The position numbers and the translations under genes were made by a program. 64,000 nt of DNA, from positions 98,551 through 162,550 of the forward strand of contig RFNZ01000003.1 in assembly GCA_009926935.1 (NCBI GenBank), given 5' to 3'. This document shows positions 45,122 to 53,844 of this stretch, in pieces (the stretch's first letter is position 1; every line of letters starts with the position of its first letter). The notes below the pieces were generated by a model. The model searched no databases and had not been told where the DNA came from. It saw only the letters and a list, made by a program, of their open reading frames with translations. Source of the DNA: Pseudomonadota bacterium. GTDB taxonomy: Bacteria > Pseudomonadota > Alphaproteobacteria > Micavibrionales > UBA1664.

Positions 45122-45556
45122 ATGAGAATCGAAGGACCCCGGCCAACCGACAGCATCAAAAAAAATGAGAAAACCCGCAAAACCGGCGGGGCATCGGGTG
45201 AATTCAAGAGTTTTTTGGCAGGGGATACGGAAGGCGCCTCCGAGGCATCATCAGCCCCGATGATTGCCGATGTAGGTGCCCTTTTGATTGCGCAAGCGAG
45301 TGAAGACCCAGCCGAGCGCAAGGCCCGCAAGCGTATGAAAGACAGGGCTGAAAACGTACTTTCCGCCCTTGATGGCGTACGCAGAGGGCTTTTAAACGGT
45401 AAGCTGAGTACGCTTGAAATGGAGTCAGTCAGCCGCTCCATTGCCGAGCGGCGCGAAAAGATTAACGATCCAAAACTTACGGAAATACTGGACGAGGTTG
45501 AGCTCCGCGCTCAAGTCGAGCTTGCCAAGATGGAAATGGCAAAGCAAAAAACATAA
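45122..45556 (+). CDS. fliX: Flagellar assembly regulator FliX
   Basis: Divergent from flgI, as in Caulobacter. MRIEGPRPTD..., central PAERKARKRMKDRAENVLSALDGVRRGLLNG, and C-terminal DPKLTEILDEVELRAQVELAK. The ATG at 45122 is preferred over the ORF start at 45041. Confidence 0.7.
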   Translation: MRIEGPRPTDSIKKNEKTRKTGGASGEFKSFLAGDTEGASEASSAPMIADVGALLIAQASEDPAERKARKRMKDRAENVLSALDGVRRGLLNGKLSTLEMESVSRSIAERREKINDPKLTEILDEVELRAQVELAKMEMAKQKT

Positions 45557-45656
45557 ATTTTACAAACGGTTATATATCAGTTTGTTTTGCTTGCGGAATC
45601 AGGCACCCTTTTTTATAAATAACCCCCTGACAACGTGCCCAAGGGAACATAAACAG

Positions 45657-46100
45657 ATGCCCCGCTCAGTTTCTACCAATACCGTGATAGTGCCGCCCGA
45701 TTACGATCCTAAGAAGGATAAGGGCAAATTCATGAATCCGGTGATGCTTGAATATTTCCGCAAGAAGCTGATCGCATGGCGTTCCGAGCTGCTGCACGAC
45801 TCTGAAGAAACCATTCATAATACACTGCAGGGCACGGAGCTCCAGAAGCCTGATATTGCTGACCGTGCGGCGGCCGAGACCGACCACGCCCTTGAACTCC
45901 GTACACGCGACCGCGAGCGCAAACTGATTGTCAAAATCAACGAAGCCCTGCTGCGTATTGATGATGGCACCTACGGTTTGTGTGAAGAAACTGGCGAACA
46001 TATTACTGTTGCCCGTCTTGATGCGCGCCCGATTGCCACACTGAGCCTTGAGGCGCAAGAACGCCATGAGCGGCTTGAGAAAACCCACCGCGACGATTAG
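45657..46100 (+). CDS. dksA: RNA polymerase-binding factor DksA (non-canonical zinc-finger region)
   Basis: FMNPVMLEYFRKKLIAWRSELL, coiled-coil tip DRAAAETDHALELRTRDRERKL, and DGTYGLCEETGEHITVARLDARPIATLSLEAQ. Only one of the four usual Cys positions is Cys. The ATG at 45657 is preferred over the ORF start at 45414. Confidence 0.85.
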   Translation: MPRSVSTNTVIVPPDYDPKKDKGKFMNPVMLEYFRKKLIAWRSELLHDSEETIHNTLQGTELQKPDIADRAAAETDHALELRTRDRERKLIVKINEALLRIDDGTYGLCEETGEHITVARLDARPIATLSLEAQERHERLEKTHRDD

Positions 46101-46200
46101 TTTTTTTCATATATACCATTTTTGGTTGATATTATTTGCATTGCAGCACGCGACGCGCGTACCTTGCCTGTTAGCGTTTATCTGAACTGCGTGTACTGAA

Positions 46201-46752
46201 ATGGCTGCCGAAGACGACGACACAAAACATGCTGCGGGCAAGACCCGACCAAAAGGCGTCGTGCCTTTTAAGAAAGCTGCCAGAGGCCACGGCCGTGGTG
46301 ATGGTGATGATGCGCCGATTTTCCCACCTGATGAACTGACATTCAATGATTTGGTGCGTGTGCAGGAGACCGTGCATTTTGCGTTATTGCCAATTTCGGA
46401 AGGCGATAATGTGGATGCCGTACACGAGGCGATTGCTGCCGCAAAGGGAGAACCAGTGGAGGCTCTGGCCTGCTGGCTGGAAGGCAATGGCAGGCAGGCG
46501 ATTGTCGGTTTCCCCGCTTCCATGGAAGTACGCGAGTTTGGCAGCCTTAAACCGCTCGAGATCATGGGGCTAGGTCTTGATAAGGATCAACTTGTGGCCA
46601 TGGTTCAAAGCCGCAAACTGAAACCTGATACGCTTGTGATGCTGGTTCACCTTGATACGCGTTTGCACAGGCTGGTCCAGCAGCAGACGGAAGAAGGGGC
46701 GCCACCCCGAGTCATATTCACCAACACCGGTTTCAGACCACGCCTAAGTTAG
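46201..46752 (+). CDS. Hypothetical protein
   Basis: 183-aa ORF with protein-like composition and a basic/acidic N-terminus. The antisense 152-aa ORF looks like a shadow ORF. No family recognised. Confidence 0.5.
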   Translation: MAAEDDDTKHAAGKTRPKGVVPFKKAARGHGRGDGDDAPIFPPDELTFNDLVRVQETVHFALLPISEGDNVDAVHEAIAAAKGEPVEALACWLEGNGRQAIVGFPASMEVREFGSLKPLEIMGLGLDKDQLVAMVQSRKLKPDTLVMLVHLDTRLHRLVQQQTEEGAPPRVIFTNTGFRPRLS

Positions 46753-46756
46753 GCGT

Positions 46757-46783
46757 AAAAAAAAACCGCGGATTTCTCCGCGG
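46757..46783 (-). terminator. Rho-independent terminator after flgH
   Basis: On the minus strand, CCGCGGA-GAAA-TCCGCGG is followed by TTTTTTTT, ~28 nt after the flgH stop. Confidence 0.8.
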
Positions 46784-46810
46784 CGAAGGTACTGGTGGAA
46801 GACACTAAGC

Positions 46811-47563
46811 TTAAAATGGGGAAATTATATCCATGACCTGCTGGCCGTAGCGCGGCTGCTGGACATCGGTGATCTGGCCTTTTCCGCCATAAGAAATGCG
46901 GGCTTCGGCCACTTTTTCATAGGAGATCGTGTTGTCGATGGCGATATCCTCGGGGCGGATGATGCCTGTGAGCTCCAGAATACGGTTTTCGTAATTGACG
47001 CGCACTTCCTGACGCCCCTGAATGACAAGGTTTCCGTTAGGAAGGATCTGCGAGACGATTGTTGCGACCTTGAGCTTGACCTCTTCCTCACGCTTTGTCT
47101 CGCCAGTGCCCTTGTGGGTCGAGTTGGTCGTTATATCCAGGAGTTTGGTGTTTGTAGCCACCGGTTCAGGCAAGGCTTTTGAGAGATACTTCTCGAAGCC
47201 GAGTGCCAGCGGGTTTGATGTATCTTCACCCGCTTGACGGTCTCTTGAGGTTTCGTTTTTAAGATTGGCTTCGTCCTTGATATTAATGGTGACTGTCAAA
47301 ATATCGCCTACATCATCGGCGCGCTGATCCTCAAAGAATGTTTTGCGAGAGCCGCCAGACCACAAGGAATTGGCCAATTTATCTTCCGATTTTGGCGAAG
47401 GCATTGGCATGCTGACGGGCTTGTAGCCTGGCTTCAAGGTGGGGCTTTCGATCTCCGATTGCTGGGGAGGAGCCCCTACGCTTGCCAGTCTTTCGACACT
47501 GCCACATGCCGCCAAAAGGGCTGATGCGCATACTGCAAGTCCGAGAATTTTGAATTTTTTCAT
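46811..47563 (-). CDS. flgH: Flagellar L-ring lipoprotein FlgH
   Basis: Lipobox LLAAC|GS after the signal peptide. Also DIL TVTINIKD and C-terminal ISYGGKGQ...QPRYGQQVMD motifs. Confidence 0.92.
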   Translation of the reverse strand: MKKFKILGLAVCASALLAACGSVERLASVGAPPQQSEIESPTLKPGYKPVSMPMPSPKSEDKLANSLWSGGSRKTFFEDQRADDVGDILTVTINIKDEANLKNETSRDRQAGEDTSNPLALGFEKYLSKALPEPVATNTKLLDITTNSTHKGTGETKREEEVKLKVATIVSQILPNGNLVIQGRQEVRVNYENRILELTGIIRPEDIAIDNTISYEKVAEARISYGGKGQITDVQQPRYGQQVMDIISPF

Positions 47564-47590
47564 GGCTTCACCATTCCTGTTTTGCTGCGT

Positions 47591-48586
47591 TTACCTGACC
47601 GTTACGATCCGGCTACCTGTTACCTGTGCTTCAAGCTGCTTATTGCTGCCGACGTTGCTTACCTTGATTGTCTGGCCGTAGGCGCCGTCTTCCATGGCAC
47701 GGCCTTTGGCTGTGATGTACATGCCGCCCGTCTCATAGACCATGGTTACCGGCGCGCCGCGCTTGATCATAAGCGGTGTCTGGAGATCATCAGGGCGCAG
47801 GACTATGCCCGCTGCCACGGCCTTACGTGGTGTTGTACCGATAAGTGACGCCTCATCCAGAATGATGTCGCGGCGGATGCCTGCGGCAGGCTTCGTAACC
47901 CATGTAATATCGGTGGCCTCGATGATCGTGCCGTTTTTCATTGTGCGTTTGAGGACAGGTACATGAACGAGCCGCTCGGCCATGCCGCGCAACGTAACGG
48001 TTTCAGGTTTGCCGCCGGATGCGGCCACACGAATGATGGCACTGAAAGGACCGCCGCTTTGCGGCATGCTGAAATCGGCTACTTCAACGCGAGGCATATC
48101 GAGACCGGGGACGACAATCTCAGGGATGGTAGTCGAGAGCGTGACATTAAAGCTATCTGCGTCATTCATGGTTGCAAGATGATCGCGGATAACTGCTCGT
48201 ACCGTATCGGCATCAACGATGGAAGCGGCTCTGCGAATTGAAATTTTATCCTCATCCTGTGGTCTCCAGGGCAGGTTGAAGGCTGTGGCAATACGCAAGA
48301 GAGTAGGGGCGTGCCAGACCAGTTCCTCACCCGGGTGAGGGGCGGGAGCCAGTACGAAATCCGCGTGCTGTGAAAGACCCTCAAAGACATCGCCCAGTTT
48401 TATATCCGTCCCTTTGACCATGACTTGTGCCTTGGGCATGGGGCCGGCAAAAGCCTGCCCCATGACAACGACGAGGAAAACCATGGCCAGGGTAAGAGCC
48501 AGAATAAACGCAGCAAGCTTACCAGCCAGATACACGGAGAGTGCATTTGGGTTGCTGCGTTTAAATGTGACTGGCTGGGCGCTCAT
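47591..48586 (-). CDS. flgA: Flagellar P-ring assembly chaperone FlgA (long form)
   Basis: N-terminal TM/signal segment. C-terminal SAF/FlgA pattern (LIGTTPRKAVAAGIVLRPDDL..PLMIKRGAPVTMVYETGGMYITAKGRAMEDGAYGQTIKVSN..SNK). Located between flgG and flgH. Confidence 0.8.
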   Translation of the reverse strand: MSAQPVTFKRSNPNALSVYLAGKLAAFILALTLAMVFLVVVMGQAFAGPMPKAQVMVKGTDIKLGDVFEGLSQHADFVLAPAPHPGEELVWHAPTLLRIATAFNLPWRPQDEDKISIRRAASIVDADTVRAVIRDHLATMNDADSFNVTLSTTIPEIVVPGLDMPRVEVADFSMPQSGGPFSAIIRVAASGGKPETVTLRGMAERLVHVPVLKRTMKNGTIIEATDITWVTKPAAGIRRDIILDEASLIGTTPRKAVAAGIVLRPDDLQTPLMIKRGAPVTMVYETGGMYITAKGRAMEDGAYGQTIKVSNVGSNKQLEAQVTGSRIVTVR

Positions 48587-48605
48587 GCTTATGCCTTTCC
48601 TACGG

Positions 48606-49391
48606 TTATCTCAGCTGTGTAAGGGTTCCGAGCATGTCATCAGAGGTCTGGATTACCTTTGAGTTCATCTCGTAAGAACGCTGGGCGGTTATCAGTGATG
48701 TGATTTCGTCAACGACGTTCACATTTGACTGTTCACGCGCGCCCTGCTGCAGTTTGCCAAAGCCGACATCGGTTGGATTGCCGTTTGTTGGCGTGCCTGA
48801 TGCATCTGTTTCAAGGAACAGGTTGTTACCGATTGCCTCAAGACCTGCATCGTTCTGGAATGTTGTAAGCTCGATCTGGCCAACGGTTTGTGTGGCTGTT
48901 TGACCTGCTATTTTTACCTGAACAACGCCGCTGTCGTTGATCGAGACCTCCGTTACATCCGACGGGATCGTGATGTTTGGCTCAACCAGGTAGCCTTGTG
49001 CGTTTACAAGATCACCGTCGCCGTTGATCTGGAATGAGCCGTCACGCGTGTAGCCAACCTGCCCGTCCGGCAGTGCAACCTGAAACCAGCCACGGCCTGC
49101 GATTGCGAGATCGTAGGTGTTTCCGGTGATCTGGATGGTGCCCTGCTCGTTGATGCGGTAAACCGAACCGGGTTTGACGCCAAGGCCGAGGCGTATGCCT
49201 GCGGGCAGAACGCTGCCGATGTTTGAGGACGTGACGCCCGGGCTTACCTTGCTTTGATAGACAAGATCCTGAAACTGGGCCCGCTGGCGTTTGAAGCCAG
49301 TCGTTGTCATGTTGGCTATGTTGTTCGAGATGACGTCAACGTTCAGCTGTTGAGCGAGCATACCGGTTGCTGCGATGTCGAGTGAAAGCAT
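48606..49391 (-). CDS. flgG: Flagellar distal rod protein FlgG
   Basis: MLSLDIAATGMLAQQLNVDVISNNIANMTTTGFKR and C-terminal NVNVVDEITSLITAQRSYEMNSKVIQTSDDML. 261 aa. Confidence 0.95.
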   Translation of the reverse strand: MLSLDIAATGMLAQQLNVDVISNNIANMTTTGFKRQRAQFQDLVYQSKVSPGVTSSNIGSVLPAGIRLGLGVKPGSVYRINEQGTIQITGNTYDLAIAGRGWFQVALPDGQVGYTRDGSFQINGDGDLVNAQGYLVEPNITIPSDVTEVSINDSGVVQVKIAGQTATQTVGQIELTTFQNDAGLEAIGNNLFLETDASGTPTNGNPTDVGFGKLQQGAREQSNVNVVDEITSLITAQRSYEMNSKVIQTSDDMLGTLTQLR

Positions 49392-49405
49392 CTTAGGATT
49401 CTCCT

Positions 49406-50131
49406 TTAGCTATTGCTTGTCATGGTTCGTATGGTTGAGCGCATGCGGTCGTGTTCAGACTGCAGCATGCGCGCAACGGACTGGTAGGTACGTGAAACGT
49501 CGATCATATCGGTCATCTCGAGGACGCCTTGTGTGTTTGAGCCTTCGATTGCGCCTTGTATGATGCGTGTCGATGGTGATGGCGTGCCCGGAGCATCTGA
49601 TTTGTAGAGCGAGTTACCGACCGGCTTTAAGAGGTCGATGTTCGGGAATTCGTGCACCATGAGCGTACCCACGATTTCATTACCGAGTGCGATGGAGCCC
49701 GTTTGATCAATTAGAATGTCGCCTTGCCCCTCCGGCATCGTGATGGGCTGCCCGCCATTATCGACGACGGGGTAGCCTTGCTGCGTTACAAGCTGGCGTG
49801 AGGCATTGAGGGCGAAAGTGCCGTTACGCGTGTACATGATCTGGCCTCCAGGAGCCTGTACACCCAAATAACCAACGCCTTCGACGGCTACGTCCAGGGG
49901 GTTATCGGTACGTTTAATGGGGCCGTTTTCACGAACGCGGTAGTTGCTGTAGTCCAGCACCATCGAGATCGTTTCTTTCATGCCTTTTGGTTTGTCGAGA
50001 TATTCCGCGAACAGGATTTTGTTGGCCTTGTAGCCGGGCGTGTTGACGTTTGCGATGTTATTCGCAATCAGGTTCATGTGTTCCTGAAGGGCCGAGAGCC
50101 TTGAGAGGCCGATGTAGATCGTGTTTTCCAT
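49406..50131 (-). CDS. flgF: Flagellar proximal rod protein FlgF
   Basis: IYIGLSRLSALQEHMNLIANNIANVNTPGYK and C-terminal MIDVSRTYQSVARMLQ. 241 aa. Sits upstream of flgG. Confidence 0.9.
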   Translation of the reverse strand: MENTIYIGLSRLSALQEHMNLIANNIANVNTPGYKANKILFAEYLDKPKGMKETISMVLDYSNYRVRENGPIKRTDNPLDVAVEGVGYLGVQAPGGQIMYTRNGTFALNASRQLVTQQGYPVVDNGGQPITMPEGQGDILIDQTGSIALGNEIVGTLMVHEFPNIDLLKPVGNSLYKSDAPGTPSPSTRIIQGAIEGSNTQGVLEMTDMIDVSRTYQSVARMLQSEHDRMRSTIRTMTSNS

Positions 50132-50172
50132 CGTTGGTCCACCAATTGATATTTTTCTTCTGGTGTCTTCAT

Positions 50173-50188
50173 TGCACGGGGCGTGCCA
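50173..50188 (-). promoter_or_regulatory. Sigma54 (-24/-12) promoter of the flgF-flgG-flgA-flgH operon
   Basis: Minus strand TGGCACGCCCCGTGCA (GG-N10-GC). The -12 lies ~43 nt upstream of the flgF ATG. Confidence 0.7.
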
Positions 50189-50379
50189 TTGCCGGTTTTT
50201 TGTTAAAAAACAGATGGTTGAAGGTATGGTTCCGGTAGTCGTTGTTATGGCATTCCCGAGTCGTTGACTTACATTCCGTTTTTGGCGGTGGAAAATTTTG
50301 CCGAGCTTAGCAAGGCGCTTTGAGGGCTTGTGTGGCTGTGTTAACCTTTTTACGAACAGCTACGAGAATCGTTTCCGCC

Positions 50380-50979
50380 ATGGCCAAGAAAAACGAAGAT
50401 GAAGAAGACGACAAAACCCCCGCACCCGATGGTGAGGTTAAGCCGCTTGATGACGAAGGCGGCAGTAGTGGTGGGCTATTAAAAAACAAAAAGCTTCTTC
50501 TTATCGCTATCCCTATTTTGCTGGCGCTTATTGGCGCGGGCGTTTATTTTTCAGGCATTCTGGGCGGCAAGGATAAAGCCGAGGGTGAAAAGACCGAAGC
50601 CCATGCAAGCGCGGATTCGGGTTCTGAAGGTGAGCATGGCGGTGGTGGCGAGCATGGCGAAGGCGGAGCCGCAGGGCCGCAGTTTTTGGAAATTCCGGAT
50701 CTGCTTGTGAACCTGAGTTCGGCTGGTGGGCCTCCACGCTTTTTGAAACTCAAGGTCAAGCTCGAGGTGTCTTCGCCCGAAGATCTTGCCAAACTCGAGG
50801 CTGTTGCCCCACGCGTTGTCGACCAGTTCCAGACTTTTTTACGGGAAATGCGCGTACAAGACCTAAGGGGCTCGGCAGGTATTTATCGTCTTCGGCAGGA
50901 GCTGCTTTACCGCGTGAACCTTGCGGCGCAGCCGACCAAAGTCAAAGATGTGCTGTTTCAGGAAATGCTGATCCAGTAA
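50380..50979 (+). CDS. fliL: Flagellar basal-body-associated protein FliL
   Basis: Single TM (LLLIAIPILLALIGAGVYF), then FLEIPDLLVNLSS...RFLKLKVKLEV...LREMRVQDLRGSAGIYRLRQELLYRVN. The ATG at 50380 is preferred. Confidence 0.85.
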   Translation: MAKKNEDEEDDKTPAPDGEVKPLDDEGGSSGGLLKNKKLLLIAIPILLALIGAGVYFSGILGGKDKAEGEKTEAHASADSGSEGEHGGGGEHGEGGAAGPQFLEIPDLLVNLSSAGGPPRFLKLKVKLEVSSPEDLAKLEAVAPRVVDQFQTFLREMRVQDLRGSAGIYRLRQELLYRVNLAAQPTKVKDVLFQEMLIQ

Positions 50980-51057
50980 AACACTCCATTTCATGAAGTT
51001 TGGCACGATCCATGCTATATTTAACCCATAGTATCCGTATCTAAGGACCGTTTCGGC

Positions 51058-52158
51058 ATGGCTGACGAGGTAATGAGCGACGAAGAAAAGGCCATGATGG
51101 CCGAATGGGAAGCAATGGCTTCCCAAGCGCTCGGCGTTGAGGGCGAAGCACCTGCGGATGCACCTACCGTTGCCGCTGATGATGAGCCTGGCGGCACACG
51201 TATTCTTAATCAGGATGAAATCGATTCTTTGCTCGGGTTTAATGATGGTGCAGGGCAGGAGTCCGCTTCAGGTGTTATGGCGCTCATCAATTCGGCGCTC
51301 GTCAATTACGAACGCCTGCCGATGCTGGACATCGTGTTCGACCGCCTTGTGCGGCTTATGTCCACCAGCCTTCGTAACCTCACATCAGATAACGTTGAAG
51401 TCTCGCTCGATCAAGTTTCGACCGTGCGTTTCGGCGATTACATGAACTCCATCCCGCTGCCTGCCATGCTCGCGCTTTTCAAAGCCGAGGAATGGGATAA
51501 CGGCGGGCTGATGATGGTGGATTCAGCGCTTATCTATTCCATTGTCGATGTGTTGCTTGGCGGCCGCAAAGGCACGCCCGCCATCCGTATTGAAGGGCGC
51601 CCTTATACCACTATTGAAACCAAACTTATTGAGCGCATGGTCGGCGTCATCATGTCCGATATGTCATCGGCTTTTGACCCGCTTTCGCCCGTGTCATTCA
51701 CCATGGAACGGATGGAAACCAACCCGCGCTTTGCTGCGATTACGCAGGGTTCCAATGCTTGCGTGCTGGCGCGGCTACGCATCGATATGGGTGATCGTGG
51801 CGGCCGTGTTGAAATTCTGCTACCTTATGCAACCCTTGAACCCATCCGTGAGCTGTTGCTCCAGATGTTCATGGGGGAAAAGTTCGGTCGCGATTCCATC
51901 TGGGAGACGCACTTGACCAACGAGCTTTATCTGACTGATATCGATCTTCAGGCGGTGCTTGCGGAAAAAACAGTGTCGCTCGGTGATCTTCTCAACTGGA
52001 AGCCGGGAACGCGTGTGATGTTCAACGCCCGCCCGAAGGACCGTGTGGAGCTGCGTTGCGGTAACTTCCCCATGTTCAAGGCGGCGACCGGCCAGAAGCA
52101 GGGGATGCTCGCGGTACGTATTGACCATTACGTACCGCCTCAAAAGAAAAGCACCTGA
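51058..52158 (+). CDS. fliM: Flagellar motor switch protein FliM
   Basis: N-terminal CheY-binding-type motif ILNQDEIDSLLGF, a central FliM domain and a C-terminal SpoA-like domain. 366 aa. Confidence 0.92.
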   Translation: MADEVMSDEEKAMMAEWEAMASQALGVEGEAPADAPTVAADDEPGGTRILNQDEIDSLLGFNDGAGQESASGVMALINSALVNYERLPMLDIVFDRLVRLMSTSLRNLTSDNVEVSLDQVSTVRFGDYMNSIPLPAMLALFKAEEWDNGGLMMVDSALIYSIVDVLLGGRKGTPAIRIEGRPYTTIETKLIERMVGVIMSDMSSAFDPLSPVSFTMERMETNPRFAAITQGSNACVLARLRIDMGDRGGRVEILLPYATLEPIRELLLQMFMGEKFGRDSIWETHLTNELYLTDIDLQAVLAEKTVSLGDLLNWKPGTRVMFNARPKDRVELRCGNFPMFKAATGQKQGMLAVRIDHYVPPQKKST

Positions 52159-52244
52159 TAGCGCGCCTGCCGGGCTGTTAGCAAAATCGCAATCATATTG
52201 CGTGTAAGCTTGTATTATTAAAAAAGCAGGCTAATCTGATTCTT

Positions 52245-52856
52245 ATGGAAGGCGCTTCCCTCAGTCTTATACTTGATGTCGTTATATTGGTCCTATTGGG
52301 CCTGACGATTGTTTACGCTGCAAGACTATCTCTACAATTGCGGCGACTGAGAGATTCGAAGAGCGATCTCGATAAAGTTGTCCGTGAACTCATCAAGAAC
52401 CTTGATCGGGCTGACCGCTCCATCATGGGGCTGAAAGAGGCTGCCCGCGAAGCCGGCGGCGATCTGCAAAATGCGATTGACCGCGCTGTCTCGATTGCCG
52501 ACGAGCTTGAAGTTGTCAACGATTCCGGAAACCGCATTGCGGTCAAGCTTGAGGCGTTACTCGATACGGCGCGGCCTATTGCCACAGGTACTGCCCCGAA
52601 AATTGTTCCTCAGCCTCAGGCAGCTGCTACTGAGGCGGGCACTGACTATGCCAAGCATTTGCGCAAGCTGGATCCGGCGGATGAAAAAATCAGCCGTGCC
52701 TCCGGTTTTGCGATCCGCGATACGGATGCCGAGCGTGGCATTGATCCTGTTTCAGCTGGAAAAGACATGCTGGAAGATGATGCCGCCCAGGGCCTTTATT
52801 CGGAAGCAGAACGCGACCTTTTCAGGGCCATGAAAGGTACGAAAACCAAGAAGTAG
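52245..52856 (+). CDS. Single-pass membrane coiled-coil protein, flagellar-cluster associated (unknown function)
   Basis: N-terminal TM (LSLILDVVILVLLGLTIVYAA), then a predicted coiled coil. Located between fliM and the motE-like gene. Confidence 0.45.
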   Translation: MEGASLSLILDVVILVLLGLTIVYAARLSLQLRRLRDSKSDLDKVVRELIKNLDRADRSIMGLKEAAREAGGDLQNAIDRAVSIADELEVVNDSGNRIAVKLEALLDTARPIATGTAPKIVPQPQAAATEAGTDYAKHLRKLDPADEKISRASGFAIRDTDAERGIDPVSAGKDMLEDDAAQGLYSEAERDLFRAMKGTKTKK

Positions 52857-52898
52857 GCCCCATACGCAAGGGCCGCGTCTTGTGATAGAATCACCACG

Positions 52899-53720
52899 AT
52901 GAACGATATTCTCGCCCGTTTCCGCCTTTTGCCGCTGTTGGTTATTGTTGCCACTCTTGCCTTTGCTGTAAGGGTTGGCGAGACTTATGTGGGGGTTCGC
53001 GACATGGCGGCCTCGGCTATTGCGGCTGATGAAAAAGCGGAAGAGCTCAAAAAAGAAGACAAGAAATCCGCAGACGCGAAGGTTGAAGAAAAACCAGCCG
53101 AAGCAAAACCGGAAGGTGACAAACACGCTGAAGAGGCAAAGGCTGAAAAGCCGAAGGTCAACGTGCCGGAAGGCGCTTTGCCGGAAGTCTGGGCGGACCC
53201 CGCACAACAGCAGATGTCGGACAGCCCTGAGCAGGCACAGCTGCTTGAAGACTTGGCCAAACGCCGTGAACAGCTGAAGACTCGTGAAAAGGCGCTTGAT
53301 ACACGGGAAGCGATGATGAAGGCGGCCGAAAACCAGCTTGATGAAAAGATCAAAGAATTGACGGATCTCAAGCGTCAGATCGAGCAGCTTTTAGGCCAGC
53401 AGGATGTGGAAGAGAAAAACCGCATCATGAGTCTTGTTAAAATTTACGAAGGCATGAAACCCAAGGATGCGGCGACGATATTCAACCAGATGAATATGTC
53501 TGTTTTGCTTAAGGTCGTCTCCAAGATGAGTGAGCGTAAAGTTGCGCCGATCATTGCGGCCATGGATACGGGCAAGGCCAATGAACTGACGGTACAGCTG
53601 ACAGAGATGAAAAAACTACCCGAGCAGACGATGGATGCGATAGAGGGTAATCCGGTGGCTACGCCAGCCCCTGAGGGTTCTGCTTCCTTACCTGGGCTTG
53701 ATGCTTTGGGACAGCCTTAA
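52899..53720 (+). CDS. MotE/FlbB-like protein (MgtE_N-like domain)
   Basis: N-terminal TM, K/E-rich coiled coil, then IYEGMKPKDAATIFNQMNMSVLLKVVSKMSERKVAPIIAAMDTGKANELT. This resembles the MgtE intracellular N-domain seen in MotE/FlbB. Confidence 0.6.
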   Translation: MNDILARFRLLPLLVIVATLAFAVRVGETYVGVRDMAASAIAADEKAEELKKEDKKSADAKVEEKPAEAKPEGDKHAEEAKAEKPKVNVPEGALPEVWADPAQQQMSDSPEQAQLLEDLAKRREQLKTREKALDTREAMMKAAENQLDEKIKELTDLKRQIEQLLGQQDVEEKNRIMSLVKIYEGMKPKDAATIFNQMNMSVLLKVVSKMSERKVAPIIAAMDTGKANELTVQLTEMKKLPEQTMDAIEGNPVATPAPEGSASLPGLDALGQP

Positions 53721-53844
53721 TATTTTCATATTGTTATTCGTGATGCCGGACGCATGCGTCAGAATTTCTTCATGACGTATTAACCAAATCGCGGCACAAT
53801 ACCCTTTCAGAAAGTATCGTTTTTTACTTCAGCAGGAGTTCAGT

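Noticed and set aside
44989-45441. 150-aa minus-strand ORF overlapping fliX.
   Set aside because: It is antisense to the FliX-like ORF, which has a recognisable family pattern and a divergent arrangement with flgI. It would also run through the flgI promoter.
45414-45656. N-terminal extension of the dksA ORF (228-aa version) overlapping the 3' end of fliX.
   Set aside because: DksA homology begins only after the internal Met at 45657. The extension has no DksA-like sequence and would overlap fliX by 143 nt.
46107-46565. 152-aa minus-strand ORF.
   Set aside because: It is antisense to the 183-aa plus-strand ORF and its S/A/C/P-rich composition looks non-coding. The plus-strand frame was preferred, though neither frame has a recognised family.
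50281-50305. TTTGGCGGTGGAAAATTTTGCCGAG upstream of fliL, considered as a sigma54 promoter.
   Set aside because: No GG...GC pair has the required N10 spacing; the spacings are N8, N11 and N14. It is mentioned only as a possible enhancer-distance element for the divergent flgF promoter.
53749-53760. Perfect 12-bp palindrome GACGCATGCGTC between the motE-like gene and cheY.
   Set aside because: It has no loop and no U-tract, so it is not a terminator. A single short palindrome could occur by chance, and no second copy was seen in the window.
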